64,000 bases of DNA from Marsupella aquatica (Eukaryota; Plantae; Marchantiophyta), in assembly GCA_973895155.1 (NCBI GenBank), contig OZ316893.1, forward strand, positions 27,153,252 to 27,217,251, in the 5' to 3' direction. Each line of letters starts with the position of its first letter. Within the stretch, counting starts at the first letter, position 1. Below are positions 12,918 through 26,115 of this stretch, piece by piece. The notes beneath the pieces were generated by a model. That model saw only the letters and a program-made list of their open reading frames with translations. It had not been told where the DNA came from and made no database searches. A program made the translations under genes and the position numbers.

Positions 12918-14911
12918 TTACGTAGCCGCAGCTACCTCTGGAACCTTTTGAGGCTTTCTATTCAGGTAACGAATGACAGCATCCTCCACCCTGCACAAAA
13001 AGGATTCCGACCATGACATGAATGTTACAACTCAAACGCAATCAGCTGATAAACAACACGAGAGAAAACGAGCTAATTGTAAAACGGCAGTCTCATTCAT
13101 TCACAAGGGAGAAGTAGAAATGATGAGAGGTCATATCGACCACAACTTTTCAGCAACTATACACTTGACCGGACCGACTAGGAAACTAGTGTAGTCCTCT
13201 GTAAATTCCCTTAAGGTCTAACAAACGATGAATTAATGCCCGGGAAAGCTGCGGCAAGGACTTGCTTCCACGAACAGACACAGCATTGAATTGACGTGAT
13301 TTTAGATCCAACTGACTGTAATGGGCCAGGAGACACACACAGTGTGGCAGCGGTTAATAGAGAAACCAAAAGCCAACCCTGAAGTACCAACGGAGAGAGA
13401 AGAAGAGGATACCAAGGTTGATTGTAAAAGTCGGAGCGGCGCTCCTTTTCAGCATTCCGGCTCCCTTGACCGGCAACCATCTTGAGATCCCGGCTTTGAG
13501 ACGCAATGAGTCCGTTGATGAAATCAACTGGGGAGTGACTGAAGCCCAGGAAGAAGGCTCGTCGCTTCCGATGCTCGTTTATCTTGGCAATGGAACTACA
13601 TATGGACTCGTCGTACATGTCGATGTCACGGTGCTTCTCGACATTCTGCAGAAATGCGTTCATTTCTTTTTGAAGGGGGGCAGGGATGTCGACCTGGACG
13701 TCATAGCACGCATTGCCGACAGGCATCTTACCAGACAATTTGACGGTGTGCTCAAGCACTATCGGTGGAGGGGGTGACAAATGGTGATGGAGCTTCTGCG
13801 AAACGAATGAAAACTTTATCCTGTCTTCGCCTAAGATTTTGTGGAGAGTAGGATCACAATTGATGATCGTAGGATCCGACGGGTTCTGCAGCTTCTTGGC
13901 TTTGATATATTGCCACAGAGCTGCGATAATTCTGGGCCTCGTATCCACTTCAATACCCAGCATCTCAGACAGAGATGCAGAAAGTTTGTACCTCTCCGGT
14001 GAGTAGTTCATTTCAAGCCGGATGTAGACCTTGAACTCTTGGTCCCCTTTCCTCTTTATCTCGAACCCTTCCACGTGTGACTGTGCCCTTGCCACATCCC
14101 AGACTATGGTCTGATTGTCTGGATACAAATTGCGATCTAGTTGGAATGTAATTCTTTTGAAAAACGACGAGAACTTGGGGGTATTCGATGGCTGGAGAAG
14201 CTGCTGCTGCGGCTGCTGAATTGCCGCTCCATGGAGCGCTTCCGACTCTGCGTCGTCCTCCAGAATCTTGCCCATGATACGGAGAGTCCAAGATGGTGGG
14301 TCCGCCATGTATTGTTGCAAATGCTGGGCTTGCTGGGCGGACATCTCCTTGTGGATTTGATTGTTGTAGGTGTTGAAAACATATATCCGCAGAGTCTTTA
14401 ACAGCCGAGCTGGCGCACGAACAGCATCCTGAATGTCGAGCTTTTTCCTTTGCAAGGCTGCGTCCACCCTTTTCTCGAACTCCAGCAGCTGCGTGTACAG
14501 AGCTGACTCGGGGAGCAGCGCTGCAACCCTGTCCGGTATCTGCTTCTCGGGTGCCTTTCGCTTCTTTCTGCGGGCCGATGGGGCGGCTTCACCGATCTTG
14601 TATGAAGAGCCTCCAACTCCACCGATACTCCCACCACCACTTCCTCCTCCTCCTCCTCCTCCGGAATTTGGTACTGGCCTCCCTCTCCCTCGCTTCCCCA
14701 CTCCGCCTCCTCCACTTCCTCCTCCACTTCCAGGAGTACCTATACTAGCTGCCACTGCTGCGGCTCCTACAGCACTAGGCCCTCCCGCTCCAATCGCTCC
14801 TCCCGGTCCCCCACCTGCTGGGCTCATAAACTGTGCTCCCACGCCATCCCCTCTTCCCCCTCCTATTACACCACCTCCTCCAGGTCCACTACCTCCCCCT
14901 CCTCCTTGCAT
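12918..14911 (-). CDS. SWP73: SWI/SNF complex subunit SWP73/BAF60 (SWIB/MDM2 domain); exons 14911-13413 and 12990-12918
   Basis: Contains LPESALYTQLLEFE...LRIYVFNT, the SWIB core DTRPRIIAALWQYIK..KLQ and RRAFFLGFS.SP..FI. A TG|GT donor at 13413 splices to cag|G at 12990, giving QPWVEDAVIRYLNRK...*. Confidence 0.95.
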
Positions 14912-15990
14912 CCCTCTATCCTGACTGACTGCCCTACAAACCCTAATGTACTATTCGCTCGATAGAGTCGAAGCAGGCCCGCTCGTAAGGTCAAATCGCA
15001 AGACCTCAGCAGGCTAAACACCGTAACCCACCGATAAAACGACCACCGCGCAAGCCTCCAAACTCAATCACACTACGATTCCCCAACCAGCGCGTCGACG
15101 GATAGGGATTCAACAATGTCAAAAACCACACACACTCAACCTCCGCCCATGCGACACCGAACCACCCAACGGCACCCGAACGCATCAAGCAATCAATCGC
15201 ATGCCGCCGATAACCTCAGGAGCACGAACCGGTGAATTTCCGCGTCAGGCGATATATATGTCACGACAACGCCTTGCCCAGCCTCACCAGGCCTCGGCGA
15301 AAATGACGATGATGGACAGCATTGTACGAGAAAACAGCACACAACAGCAAAAATACCACAACCCCAACAAGCACCACCACTGAAATCAATCGCCTCAAAA
15401 CCCTTCCGATGCTTGATTCGGCATTTCGTTCTATTCCTCCTTCTCCGCCACTTCTTCTTCCCTGCCACCACGTCCCTAAAGCCTTTTCTTGATGACTTTC
15501 TCGAGACAATCTCCACCTCTCCGGCCTCACTCACTCTCGAATACTCATATCACACGTCCAAGTTCTTCGAGCTTCGAGACAAACACAGGTCCAAGCTCTT
15601 CGAGCTTCGAGACAAAGGATACTACTACTCTGCCTCGCCCTTCGTGCTTCGATGTTATTATTAGCCGCTCCCTCGATGTTGGACGCGACCAAGCCACCCC
15701 GAGGCGGTTCACCCTAATTAGCCTTATCTCCTAATTAGTTTAAGTCTCTAATTGATGTTGGTAGTCCTAGAGTGAGAATTTGAATAAAAATAACATTAAG
15801 TGCGGTAGGTTTATAGGCTAAGATTATTCAGGGTTAGAATGCCCTCAACTTTGTTGCCCCACTCTTGATTTGTGTTTACTTTTCTGGCAAATATTGTAGT
15901 CCTCTTGAAGCTACTTTCCCTATTTTTTTACACTATTGATCTTGGGTGTATGAAAGACGCTTTGTTCTCTATGTGTCAGACATTTATTCT

Positions 15991-16330
15991 TAGGGTTAGA
16001 GTTACGATTGCAACCATAATTAGGCTAACCTCAGCTGCAAACTAGGTTAAGTTAGTTGTGTTGCACACTAAATAGACAAGCAAGTTGTTGCTTTTGAGAA
16101 AGGACTCAGGCTCGTTGTTATCAAGTAAGTTTAGAGATAGGGATAACTTGTATTGTGGAGACTAGATATACCCAATGGGCCTAGAATGCAGTGCAGCTCT
16201 TGTCGGTTCATGTGAATGTAACCTTAGCTGAAGTGAACCCCATATTTCTCCGTGTCGACTATTTGTTCATTGAACGTTCATGGGCATATCGTTGTGAATG
16301 TTGTACTTGGTCGTTCGAGTCCCTAGCTGT
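15991..16330 (+). repeat. Dispersed non-coding repeat, homologous to about 58807-59130
   Basis: GTTACGAT..AACCATA.TTAGGCTAACC...GGTTA.GTTA..T.G..TGCACACTA...GACTC/CTC.TTGTTA is shared in the same order by both loci. Confidence 0.65.
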
Positions 16331-16755
16331 CAAAGGTGAGAGAGCAATGCCTTTCCAAATGTGCAATAGAACCCTCTTACTATTGCTTGTATGAAGTAGT
16401 AGTCTTTGGAAAGTGATCTCCTAATAGTTCTATGTACAGGTGGAATTAGTAGTATCCTTACTCTCCAAATAGTGTTATGCACAAAGAAAATTAGTTTTAC
16501 ATTAATGTTACTTAATGTATGCACTATTAGTGTTAGTCCATATTAACATTGGTAATGGTAATTGAAGAGTAAACCCAAAAATGTTAGGTTACATAAATAG
16601 GGTTACCAAGACTAATTGAAGTGAAGAGTGTAGAGCTCTAATTGCACAGTGGAGAGCTCTGGACAGATTGCAAAGTTTGCAGGGGCTGTATATTCAGTTA
16701 GACGGGCTGGGTGTAAGGGCATTGCGGGTACACATTATTCAATTGGGGGGATAAA

Positions 16756-17029
16756 TGTATACAAGGACCTGGGATATTCCTTATTAATGGGATAAGAAAT
16801 GCCTCCCAATGATACGGTCTCCTTGCGCAAGAGTATATTTGTGAGGGCCTCCCCATGTACGTGGGGAGACAAACATGTTATTGTGAGTCCAAGGCCAGGG
16901 ATGGATCGTATATGTCAGTGGAGAGGGGAGCAATAACGAAAATAGTTTTAAATTGAGTCTTTGTCATCACGACAAGCAAGCAAACAAAAATCACAATCTT
17001 TTTCGTCCCCTCCTTTGTCTGGTGTTACA
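16756..17029 (+). mobile_element. Possible LTR relic preceded by a polypurine tract
   Basis: GGGGGGATAAA at 16745-16755 is followed by TGTATACA...GTGTTACA. No partner LTR or coding region was seen. Confidence 0.3.
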
Positions 17030-19106
17030 TATGTATCTCATGTTGGAGTTTGGGAACTTGGTGATGTGATATTGTGATAGTTTGGGGCTGACTTCTACTA
17101 GGCTCTTCAGTTTACAGATAAATAGGGTTTAGGGTTTTGTTTCTTTGGCTTTTCTTGCCTTGGGCTTCTGCCCTGGTCTTTCTGGATTTTTGGCCTTTTT
17201 CATATTTGTCCCTTGATTGAGGTGTTTTGCTTCTGGGATCATGTCTCCCGGATGGGAGCTTTTTGTTTCTCGGCAGTTCGATAGATACATAGATTCACAG
17301 CATAAAAAACATTCAACAGAAATCCTCACTCAGAATCATTGAGAAATCATCCCATACAATCACATTATTGGAATTGTCTCGTGGCATGCTGGTGACCAAT
17401 TCGATCAGCATACACAGTTGTGTAGGATGGAATTCTGAATTTCAGTTTTCCCTTTAAGATACTCTAATTTCAAGTGTGCAGTGACACAAGAGGCATATCT
17501 GTTTTCTTTCCACACATGGTAAGACTCAGGCTAGGCAATGGTGAGTTCAGCTTCGTTTGTTATGTTAGCATGCATGCAAGGTAGAGGTGACGAAGTCTTC
17601 CACCCATCTTCAACTCTCACATCGTTGAGGGAGAACTTTGGTCAACATGCAACAAGGCCCTGGCTGGGAGGAAACGAACAAGGTCAGGCAAGCCGAAGAT
17701 GATCTTTAGGGCTCTAGTGGGATGCACCTGCGGTTGTAGCACTTGCTGTTTGCGGAGAAAATCATGCACCTCTTAAGATCCGGGGAGCAGCATACTGTCA
17801 TGGAGATTCACTAATTGACCAACCGACCTTGCAGCAGAGAGATGAAAAAATGCAGAATTCCTCAACAACTGTACCAAATGGAGCATCGGGTGGCACGCAC
17901 ACTCCACAACACCAGTTCGTAACAAAATTGGAAAGGAATTGAACAGAAAGCAAAATCAAACGAACAGAACCGCACTGGGGCAGACGTTTCATTTCTGGAA
18001 TCCCAACATTGCGCAATGTAGATCCACAAGCTAGATCAAAAGTAAACACGATATCCACAATTTTATCCATTGACATGACCGCACATTATATTTTGGTAAC
18101 TAAAGTAACTAAACCAAATATCTCGTTGACACCATTAGTTTGTCGTGATTATCCACGACAAACTAAATTCTTCACAGTTAATTATAGTTATTGGGCTAGT
18201 TTACAACTCCACTAACTTTGGTTGGGGGACCCTTTGTCGACTACTGTAGTTAGTCCAGGCAATCTTCTTTTAACAGAGTCAATTGGTAATGTAAAATGTA
18301 AGATTAATATCGAAATTAAGGCAGAGGGGGCTGAAACCATTCAAGGAAAGGGAAGGCCCCAGGACCACGCAATTGAACAAACATCTGAATGACACCCAAT
18401 AACCAACTACAGACTGGAAAGCAGCTGCTTGGATATAAGCTCATGCTGCCTTAGTCGTTGCCCACCAGTGGCTCATCCGCATCCAAGAGACTTCAGGAAA
18501 GAGAATTTCTGGGAAAGCCCTACATGTGCCCTTTTTGAGATATTTCGTTCCCGTCCATGATTGGTCGAAAGCTCCTTATAGTGGTGTTCAAGAAAGCATT
18601 GGGAAGGAAATTTCTACTATCCACGGTTGCTCTAATAACATTTTATCTGCTGGCAACCTGTAAATGGCCTGTGCGAAAATTGTACCTCTCACCTCACGTT
18701 ACGACAAAAAAACCCGAGTCGAGGATTCCAGATGCAATGTTTTCCGTTGACACTTAAAATTCTGCTCAATTTTAAATTGTCTCCAGTAATCGACCAGAAA
18801 GGTATATGAGGTAGCAAACCCAGCCTTGACTCAGTTGGCAAATGATTACAGGCAGTTTTTTATATTTGAGGATGGCTGGAATAGGAGTGTGTAGTAAGCT
18901 CTCTATCTTTTTCAAAGAAACTCCCGTGCAAACTGATCTCTGCCGCTTTTCAACCAACACCTTGACCGGAACATTCTGTGAGCATAACGTGGCACATGCC
19001 TGGATCAGGCCTTACTCTCACAGTAGAATGTTTGACTGTAATGCGTATTCAAACATTCTTGATATTGCAAAACTGAAGTGACAATTCACACATTGTCTAC
19101 TCAACC

Positions 19107-22100
19107 TTAGTCAACCTGCTCAAAACCATAGGAGATCACCTCTTCCTCAATGTTCAAAATCTCCTCTACTTCTACTTCTTCAGCCTCATAATCTTCCTCC
19201 TCGTCGCTGGGCTCACCGTCCCTCAACTCTTGGCGGTAAGGTTTCTCCTCCTCGTGCAGGGCCTTCCACTGGTTCGTCCAGCTCTTCCATTCATCCATCA
19301 ATTTCCGCCTATTTTCCAAGTCTTGTGCCCCTTGGTAGTTCGACATTTCCTGATCTTCGACCTCGTACTTCTTGCTGTATTTTCTCAAGTTCTTGGCAAT
19401 CTCAGCGTCCTCCTCAGCGCTGAGCAGTGAAGGCGGCCGCGGGCGCCACAAAAACTGCCAAAAAAACGCACTCAGTACATTTGTAGGTATTCGATGTGCC
19501 AGAAGGTTCAAGAAGAACATCTGATACAATGTTTACAATGTCAGTATTTGAAATCAAAAGTTCTCGGTCAATGTAAGTTCATAGTGTTACCTGGAAAAAA
19601 CGCTCCCTTGGTAGCCGGTACAAGAGCTTCCCATTGAATGACCAGATGTTGAACCCATTTTCCATCTGGTGCACTGAGGTCACGGATGTAGAAACAAATC
19701 TGCGCAAATCAAAAGCTTCAGGTCAGTCTAAAATGAAGTTTTCCGTGTAAGCGGAATCTTGCAAAACGATAGGGGGAAAGAAGACAGAAGCATTTCCATT
19801 CCAACCGTGCTACAAAGGCATCAAACCAGAAAGTAACTTGCCTGCCAGTGGGATCCCAGTCAACATCTGTAGCCATGAAGTGCTCAGCAGTTGCCATGGT
19901 CTCCAGCTCGTCGACATTGTAAAACTCAAGCTGTCCATTGTAAGCTTTCAAGCCAGCTAGAACAATGAATCTGCCAATAGGAGACCAATACAGAGCATTG
20001 GCCTGCTTGCCCTTGAGGGTAGTTAGCTTAGTCACCCGCCCAACATTATTAGGACTTCTCATAGAGTAAAAGCTGATGTCGGGTCGTGGACCGTCCCCAT
20101 GAATGATCGCGAATCTGTGTCCCTTCGGCTCCCAAGAGAAAGCGACAATCTTGTCATTCTTGTTCTCAAGTTCTAATACCTCAATTGGGATATCCCTTTC
20201 TTTGATATGGAACAACTCGAAACCAGTGTACGTGCTCTTCTTGGTTTTGGTGTAACGATCGACCTTGACTGCAAGGTAATCGCCATTGCTTTGCCAGTAC
20301 ATCTTGCAGTCACTAACAGAGAACAGATTTTTCTGCCTGAGCTCTTCCCTGCTTGGGATCGAGACTAAACTAACCTGTTACAGATACAAACAGAAAATAA
20401 GAACGTTGATTGCAGTGAAGATTGATAGATGGTTACGAGGGTTAGATGAATATCTGCACCCAAGACAGGACTTCCTGCAGTTGTGTCAGCGCGTCGAGGC
20501 TGAAGGGCCTCTCAATGTGTAATGGCTTACTCAAAACCACTCGTACAAATTCCACATACTTCTCTCTCGATGAGATTGAACCAATTCCCGACAAAACTAC
20601 AATCACGAGGGGAACAAATAAGCAAAAAATCAAAACTACCCTTATCACGATATGAAATGCACAGCTTACCCTAGCAGGCTGATTTCCACCACCGCCCTCA
20701 GGGACAAAGAGAGACAAGAGAGGGTCTGTAGGAGACCACTGGAAATCAAGAACATTGTCAACCTTGAGACTCTTCTTCTCAAGTAGCCCCATTGTTTCGG
20801 TCTCGTAGACACTGATAGCATTCTTTCCAATTCGAGCGAAGTACTTGTCCTCACGACCCCCAGCCCATCTGCAAAGTCACGCAAGCATCAGGAGTTGCAC
20901 AATTTAACCTTGAAATTAATCTCTTGAAAATCTAAATCAAAAACCCTCCACCCCAACAGTTCAGAATTCCTGTGATCAAGGGCAGATCCAGCAAATAACT
21001 TGACTGGAGAAGAAGATGTTCGACAGAAGATTCGAAAGATGCCCCAACATCACAACAGGATTGGAAACCAACCTAAAGACGGGCCAAGACACTCCTGCCG
21101 CACCACCAGTTCCACCTGTGGCAAAATCATCCGCACTTCCCTTGAACTCTCTGAGAACCTTTCCACTTCGGACATCAAAGATATTCAAGGTCACCCTCTG
21201 CAATGAGATTCACAGTTTAAATCTCAGATACAATTCTCTCCAATGTCAAAACCTCCATCACGCCCCGTTCAGTAACAGAGCTCAAATTCATCACTCTCGC
21301 AACCATCATCGTGCTAATCAACTCATACTTCCTTTAAAGCCCTAATTTGAAGGAGTGCCTCGTGACTTCCACCTTCGAGTAAAGTTCAACCGCGTAAGTG
21401 AGGAGGACTAAACTAAGTACCTGGGTGTCTCTAGGATTACTGGGTTCGTGACTGCTGTACGTGACCATATATTTCTCTCCAGGAGAAAAATCGATCAATT
21501 TCACCTGCCGATAATTGCAACGTTAATATCCAACCTCAAAATCGTAAGCCAAAACCTAGATAACAATTTTGGCCATAATGCTCGGTGCATTGATGCATCA
21601 CAGATGGGTGTAAATAGACAGTACAGACACTAGAGCCCCGGATTAGTACTTCAGAGCTTCAATTAACCCTTGCAATGACGATGATTGATTTCCGATCGCT
21701 TGACTGATTTAGAGCAGGACAGACGTCTTTCTTTCTTGTCTTGTGAGGTGTTCTCGAAGCTCACACTGACACACATGCTGACATACATTGTAACAACTGT
21801 AGACAAAAACATCAAATAGGTGGGAGAGTGCGCCAAAAATGTAATGCAGACCTGGGGATGAATGTATCGCATGAGTCGGTTAAAAGTTTGCGCACCTCCC
21901 CACACGGCAGCTCCCTGCCTATGAATAGTAGCCAAGTAGGTACCCAAGGGTGACCACTGGACAAAGCTTTCCGTCCAAAACTGCATAAAAGAGAACATTG
22001 AATCAAGACCCAAACGAAGGGGAAATGGAATCAGCTTGTAGGTATTTCACAAGATCAGCAAGATTACCAGAAACACAGGAAATTATCCCATGCAGGGGCA

Positions 22101-23613
22101 CACGTGATGCTCTACAAATGAAAGAAGCCACTGGGTGAGGCCAATATGCAGACAATGCACACAGATCCCTCGTCGCTTTACGTTCACCCAGCTCGAACAA
22201 AGTCCACGCGCAATTTTGATAAAGAACAGCCATCACTCTTCTGCCTGGCACCCAAAACAGAGATCCGAGGACAGAAGGTAACTGCAACCGAAACAAAGAG
22301 GCCTAAGTTACCTGGCGCTGGTACACAGGGTCAGGTTTTCCCTGACGATGATCATTCCAGTACACCTCGGTATCGGATCCGAAACGGACAACGAACTGAT
22401 CGCGACCACGGTCGTCGGTAAGCCATGCCAGCATATTTTCCTGTCCATAGTATCGAAGTAATATTGTGCGTCAGAATCGACAACTCTCTCCTCTTGTCAA
22501 GCAATGACAACTCTGAACATCGGCAGTTCAAGGCGTAATTGGAGGGAGCTCATTGGAAACGAGAGATAACGAGAGACAACCAGACGTGCCACTGGGAGCT
22601 GAATATTTGCTTACCCCTGGCGCGTAAGGCTTGCTCTCTGGGGGAACCCATACATCAGGGACTCTCATGTACTTGTCAAAGTCGTCAAACATGTTCACAC
22701 CGAACACGTGCGCCTTATCAAGCTTGTAGCCATTGGTCTGCTCTCGGGCAGTCTGAGCCTCCTGGGGAGTTGTATACTCGATGAAAGCGTAACCTTTCGT
22801 TGTCCCATTTCCATCGTCTTCCCTGGGCATCCACAGCCCATGCTCTCGGATGACGCCTATCTGACCAAAAATTTTGCGGATAACGCCTTCTAATTTCTCA
22901 AACTTCTCCGGTGCCACCACGGGTAGATTGTCCACCACGATGACATTACCAAATCCGGTGTTCGTCTCCAAGATTTCCTCCTCGAAGTCGTCATCGTCAC
23001 TGACATCCAGGAAACCCACATCTCAAGCTTGGCACGAGAGCCCAGAACTGACAGAGAGACACCCTAATGAAAAAATCGAATGACAGGGGGGTACTGAGAA
23101 CAGCCAGGGAGGAAACCCTGGATATTGAACGGAAGACACCTCAATAAGTAAAACGAGGGGATCTACAGAACCAGGGCGGACGAGAGGAACAAATGCAATA
23201 CGCTAAACAACTGCAGATTGACCGGAGCCACCCAATGGCCAAATCAAGAGGATGTTGAAATTTCCGTAAGGGGAGGAAAGTAACACCAGGCCACAAACTC
23301 CTCGTCGATCTTGGGGAGTCTGTAACGCAGAGGCCACCGACGCCGATCACGACATAAGCTACCCTCACCTCATCCCAGGACAGAGGGTACGAGCTCAATG
23401 GAACACGATGAGAACAAATACCGTAAAAAATAGAAAAACCCTAATTGAACACCTACCTTACCTCTTGATGCCGAAGTCTTCTCCCTCCGGCACCTCGATG
23501 GAATCCAAATCCACCTGCGACCAGTCGATGTTCACTTGCACTCTGGGCTCCTCGCGCATGTCCGGGGCGAGGAGATTGTGCGGCGCCACAGGCGCCTCGG
23601 CCACATCCGCCAT
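19107..23613 (-). CDS. eIF3b: Eukaryotic translation initiation factor 3 subunit B; 10 exons: 23613-23462, 22999-22615, 22440-22312, 21980-21852, 21504-21421, 21197-21073, 20868-20670, 20374-19842, 19699-19591, 19454-19107
   Basis: RRM (VVDNLPVV...KGYAFIEY), beta-propeller motifs (WTESFVQWSPLGTYLAT, WEPKGHRFAIIHG, WDPTGR) and the C-terminal FLWRPRPPSLL. All junctions were checked for phase and are consistent. Confidence 0.96.
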
Positions 23614-23934
23614 GTTTGCAAAATCTCTTCCTCCTAGGAAGAAAAACTCGGGACGAAAATCAGCACTCGACGCAACAGCAGCTGCGGCATAGAAATTCCC
23701 GAGTGAAGTCTCTCCCGGACATACGCAAGGAGTCTTCCAGTCCAGAGGTGACTCAATTTTTCGCACTGTGTCCAGTTGAATGAAATGCTCAATTTGTTCA
23801 ATTCATGATCAATCTCCACACATTGTACTGAAGGTGTGAGAGCCCTTCTGTTGTAAGGAATGTAATTGCTTTCGTGCCCGGAGACTGTGTACGAATGAAT
23901 TGTTGGAACGCTACTCACTCACACTAGAGAAGGC

Positions 23935-24157
23935 TCTTTCTCTATACTACATTCTTTGCATTCTTTACAGTATTTAGTCTCACTTCTCTATACTACACTC
24001 TTTAGAGTAGTCTCACACACTCTAATTACTGTTTAGTCTCACTTCTCTATACTAGAATAGTCTCACTCTTTAGAGTAGTCTCACACACTCTAATTACTGT
24101 TTAGTCTCAATTCTCTATACTACACTCTTTAGAGTAGTCTCACACACTCTAATTACT
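23935..24157. repeat. Tandem repeat with a 59-68 bp unit upstream of eIF3b
   Basis: TTTAGAGTAGTCTCACACACTCTAATTACT occurs three times, with linker TTTAGTCTCACTTCTCTATACTA. Confidence 0.85.
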
Positions 24158-24673
24158 CTGACACGTTATATTTGAGGTAAGTGACGGTAATTAGGGTGTG
24201 TGACACTAATATAGTATGACACTCATTCTGGTCACAATACAAATAGTGTCACATACACTTAAGTTAAAAAATATATAATGAACAATTCTAGTCAAAATTT
24301 GCTTATATTTTTTTTTTTAATATGCACAATATTTAATTATAGTTTACAAAATTTACTACTCAAACATTGAGAAAACTTCAGAAACTGATAATTCCTTCCA
24401 TATACTACCCAAACATTGAGCAAACTTCAAAAATTTATAACTCCTTCTCACATAACACAAAATTGCAGTTCGGGTATTCACCCACACCGAGCAAACAAGA
24501 TTTGTTTGATTCATTTCTATCAACTACAAATAACATATGCTATCTCACATAAGCTACAAACTAACATCCTTTTTACTCTCTTATAACCTGTCCCTTGTGT
24601 CTCATCCTTGCAAGACGGCATATAGCCCCAAGAGAAGCGGGTTGAGTTGGCTCTTCACCTGGTTCACCAACAT

Positions 24674-24899
24674 CAAGGAATCCACGTTACACAAGCGGAG
24701 CTCACAGCCACCATAGCCACACTCGAGCTTCTCTCTCTCCAAGGCTCAACATCAAAAGATGACCTTTTGATGCCTCATAAGGGAGAACTACTCTCCCACA
24801 CAAACCTAATGGAACCCTATCGGCTCCAATAGCACACATACAAAATGTACATACTCAACTAGCACTATATACTACAACAACATCTAGAATGGTGTGACA
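24674..24899 (-). mobile_element. LTR fragment related to the DNMT-Gypsy LTR, inverted orientation
   Basis: The reverse complement TGTCACACCATTCTAG...AAAGGTCATCTTT...GTGGCTATGGTGGCT.TGAGCTCCGCTTGTGTAACGTG.ATTCCTTGA aligns to 31866-32090. Confidence 0.8.
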
Positions 24900-25666
24900 G
24901 GCAGCCTTGCCTCACTCCCCTTTCCAACTGAATGGGTTCTGTTCACCCGACTTTTGTGTTCCGCTTTAGCCTCTTCCCTAGTTCTGTCCTCAATCCTGCC
25001 AAGCTCGCCTAACTGAGACTTAGATGGATTATCCCCCAACTCAGTTCTAAGCTGGTTTGGCGCATCCCTAGATGCACAATGTTCCTATTTGTCGCTCTCT
25101 TTTGCTTCTCCCCAATAAATATCACTTCTATAAATCATAGCAGGCTCAGCACCAAGCCCTGCAAAATGCCTTTGTCACCTATGACCTGACCGGAAGTAGG
25201 ATCCTTGTAACCCACACGGAGAGCCTAGCAATATACACACTAGTACAATTTTCAATCACTCATTTTTTGCGACTCCTTAGCAATGTTAATTGGGGAGTTC
25301 AAGGTTGTCCATGCACCTTGTAAGTGGATGTGCTGCAAACATCCCATCATAAGTAAAAGGGCTTGTCCACTATCCAAGTTGAATGTCTTAGTGCTAAGTT
25401 ACATTAGGTGCCCCTTCATGTCCACCATGATGACATTGAGCCACGTTCAAACCTCACATGTCTTCCCCTTGCCAAATGTGATAGCCCCTTACATGTGTGA
25501 CACACCAAGTCACCACTGCCCCTTCCCAAAGCTAAAGAGCCCCTTAGATGTGACACATTCAGGACTAATTGTACACTGCCTAACATTCACTAGACCATGT
25601 ACCAATCGATTAGGCCTTATGAGCGAGAAGAATGAAAAGGGAATGGATGGGGTATGACATGCATGA

Positions 25667-26115
25667 CAGTAAACAGGAAACAGGTTTCTGGTACCAGCAA
25701 AAATTTACTGTTACCAGAAAAATGACAATGTAAAAATGTTTCCTAAAAAATCACATTTATAAAATAAAAAATTGTCGACAACTTTTTTTGGCTAGCTTTG
25801 GGCGTTAGCAAAAAAATATTTTCGACCAAAAAGAAAAAAATTCAAAAAAAATTCAAAAAAAATTCAAAAAAAATTATCACTCATTTTCCTGTTACCAGTT
25901 TTTGTTTCCTGTTAATGTTTGCTATTTCCTGTCGTTTGTAAATATCATAAATACCCCAAATGGATGTCTTGTGCCTTACACTCACAATATGCACAACAAC
26001 ACTCACAATCCCCATCGTCATTGTTTGCTGTTTCCTGTCGTTTATAAATACCCCAAATGGATGTCTTGTGCCTTACACTCACAATGTGCACAACAACACT
26101 CACAATCCCCATGGT
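25667..26115. repeat. MITE-like AT-rich element with imperfect inverted ends, followed by a tandem duplication of about 105 bp
   Basis: AACAGGAAACA....CTGGTA (about 25671) is inverted relative to TACCAG....TGTTTCCTGTT (about 25894-25913). TACCCCAAATGGATGTCTTGTGCCTTACACTCACAAT.TGCACAACAACACTCACAATCCCCAT occurs twice. Confidence 0.55.

Noticed and set aside
13211-13412. C-terminal 66 aa of the 566-aa SWIB ORF
   Set aside because: This is intron read-through. The conserved WVEDAVIRYLNRK end is on the exon at 12990-12918.
14433-14924. Pro-rich plus-strand ORF of 163 aa
   Set aside because: It is the antisense shadow of the Gly-rich SWP73 N-terminus.
23935-24157. Regularly spaced repeats superficially like a CRISPR array
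   Set aside because: The intervening sequences are themselves repeated, there are no cas genes and the context is eukaryotic. It is an ordinary tandem repeat.
24905-25657. Moderately GC-rich, coding-like segment with His/Cys residues
   Set aside because: No frame gave a recognisable domain. It is possibly a transposon relic but cannot be supported.
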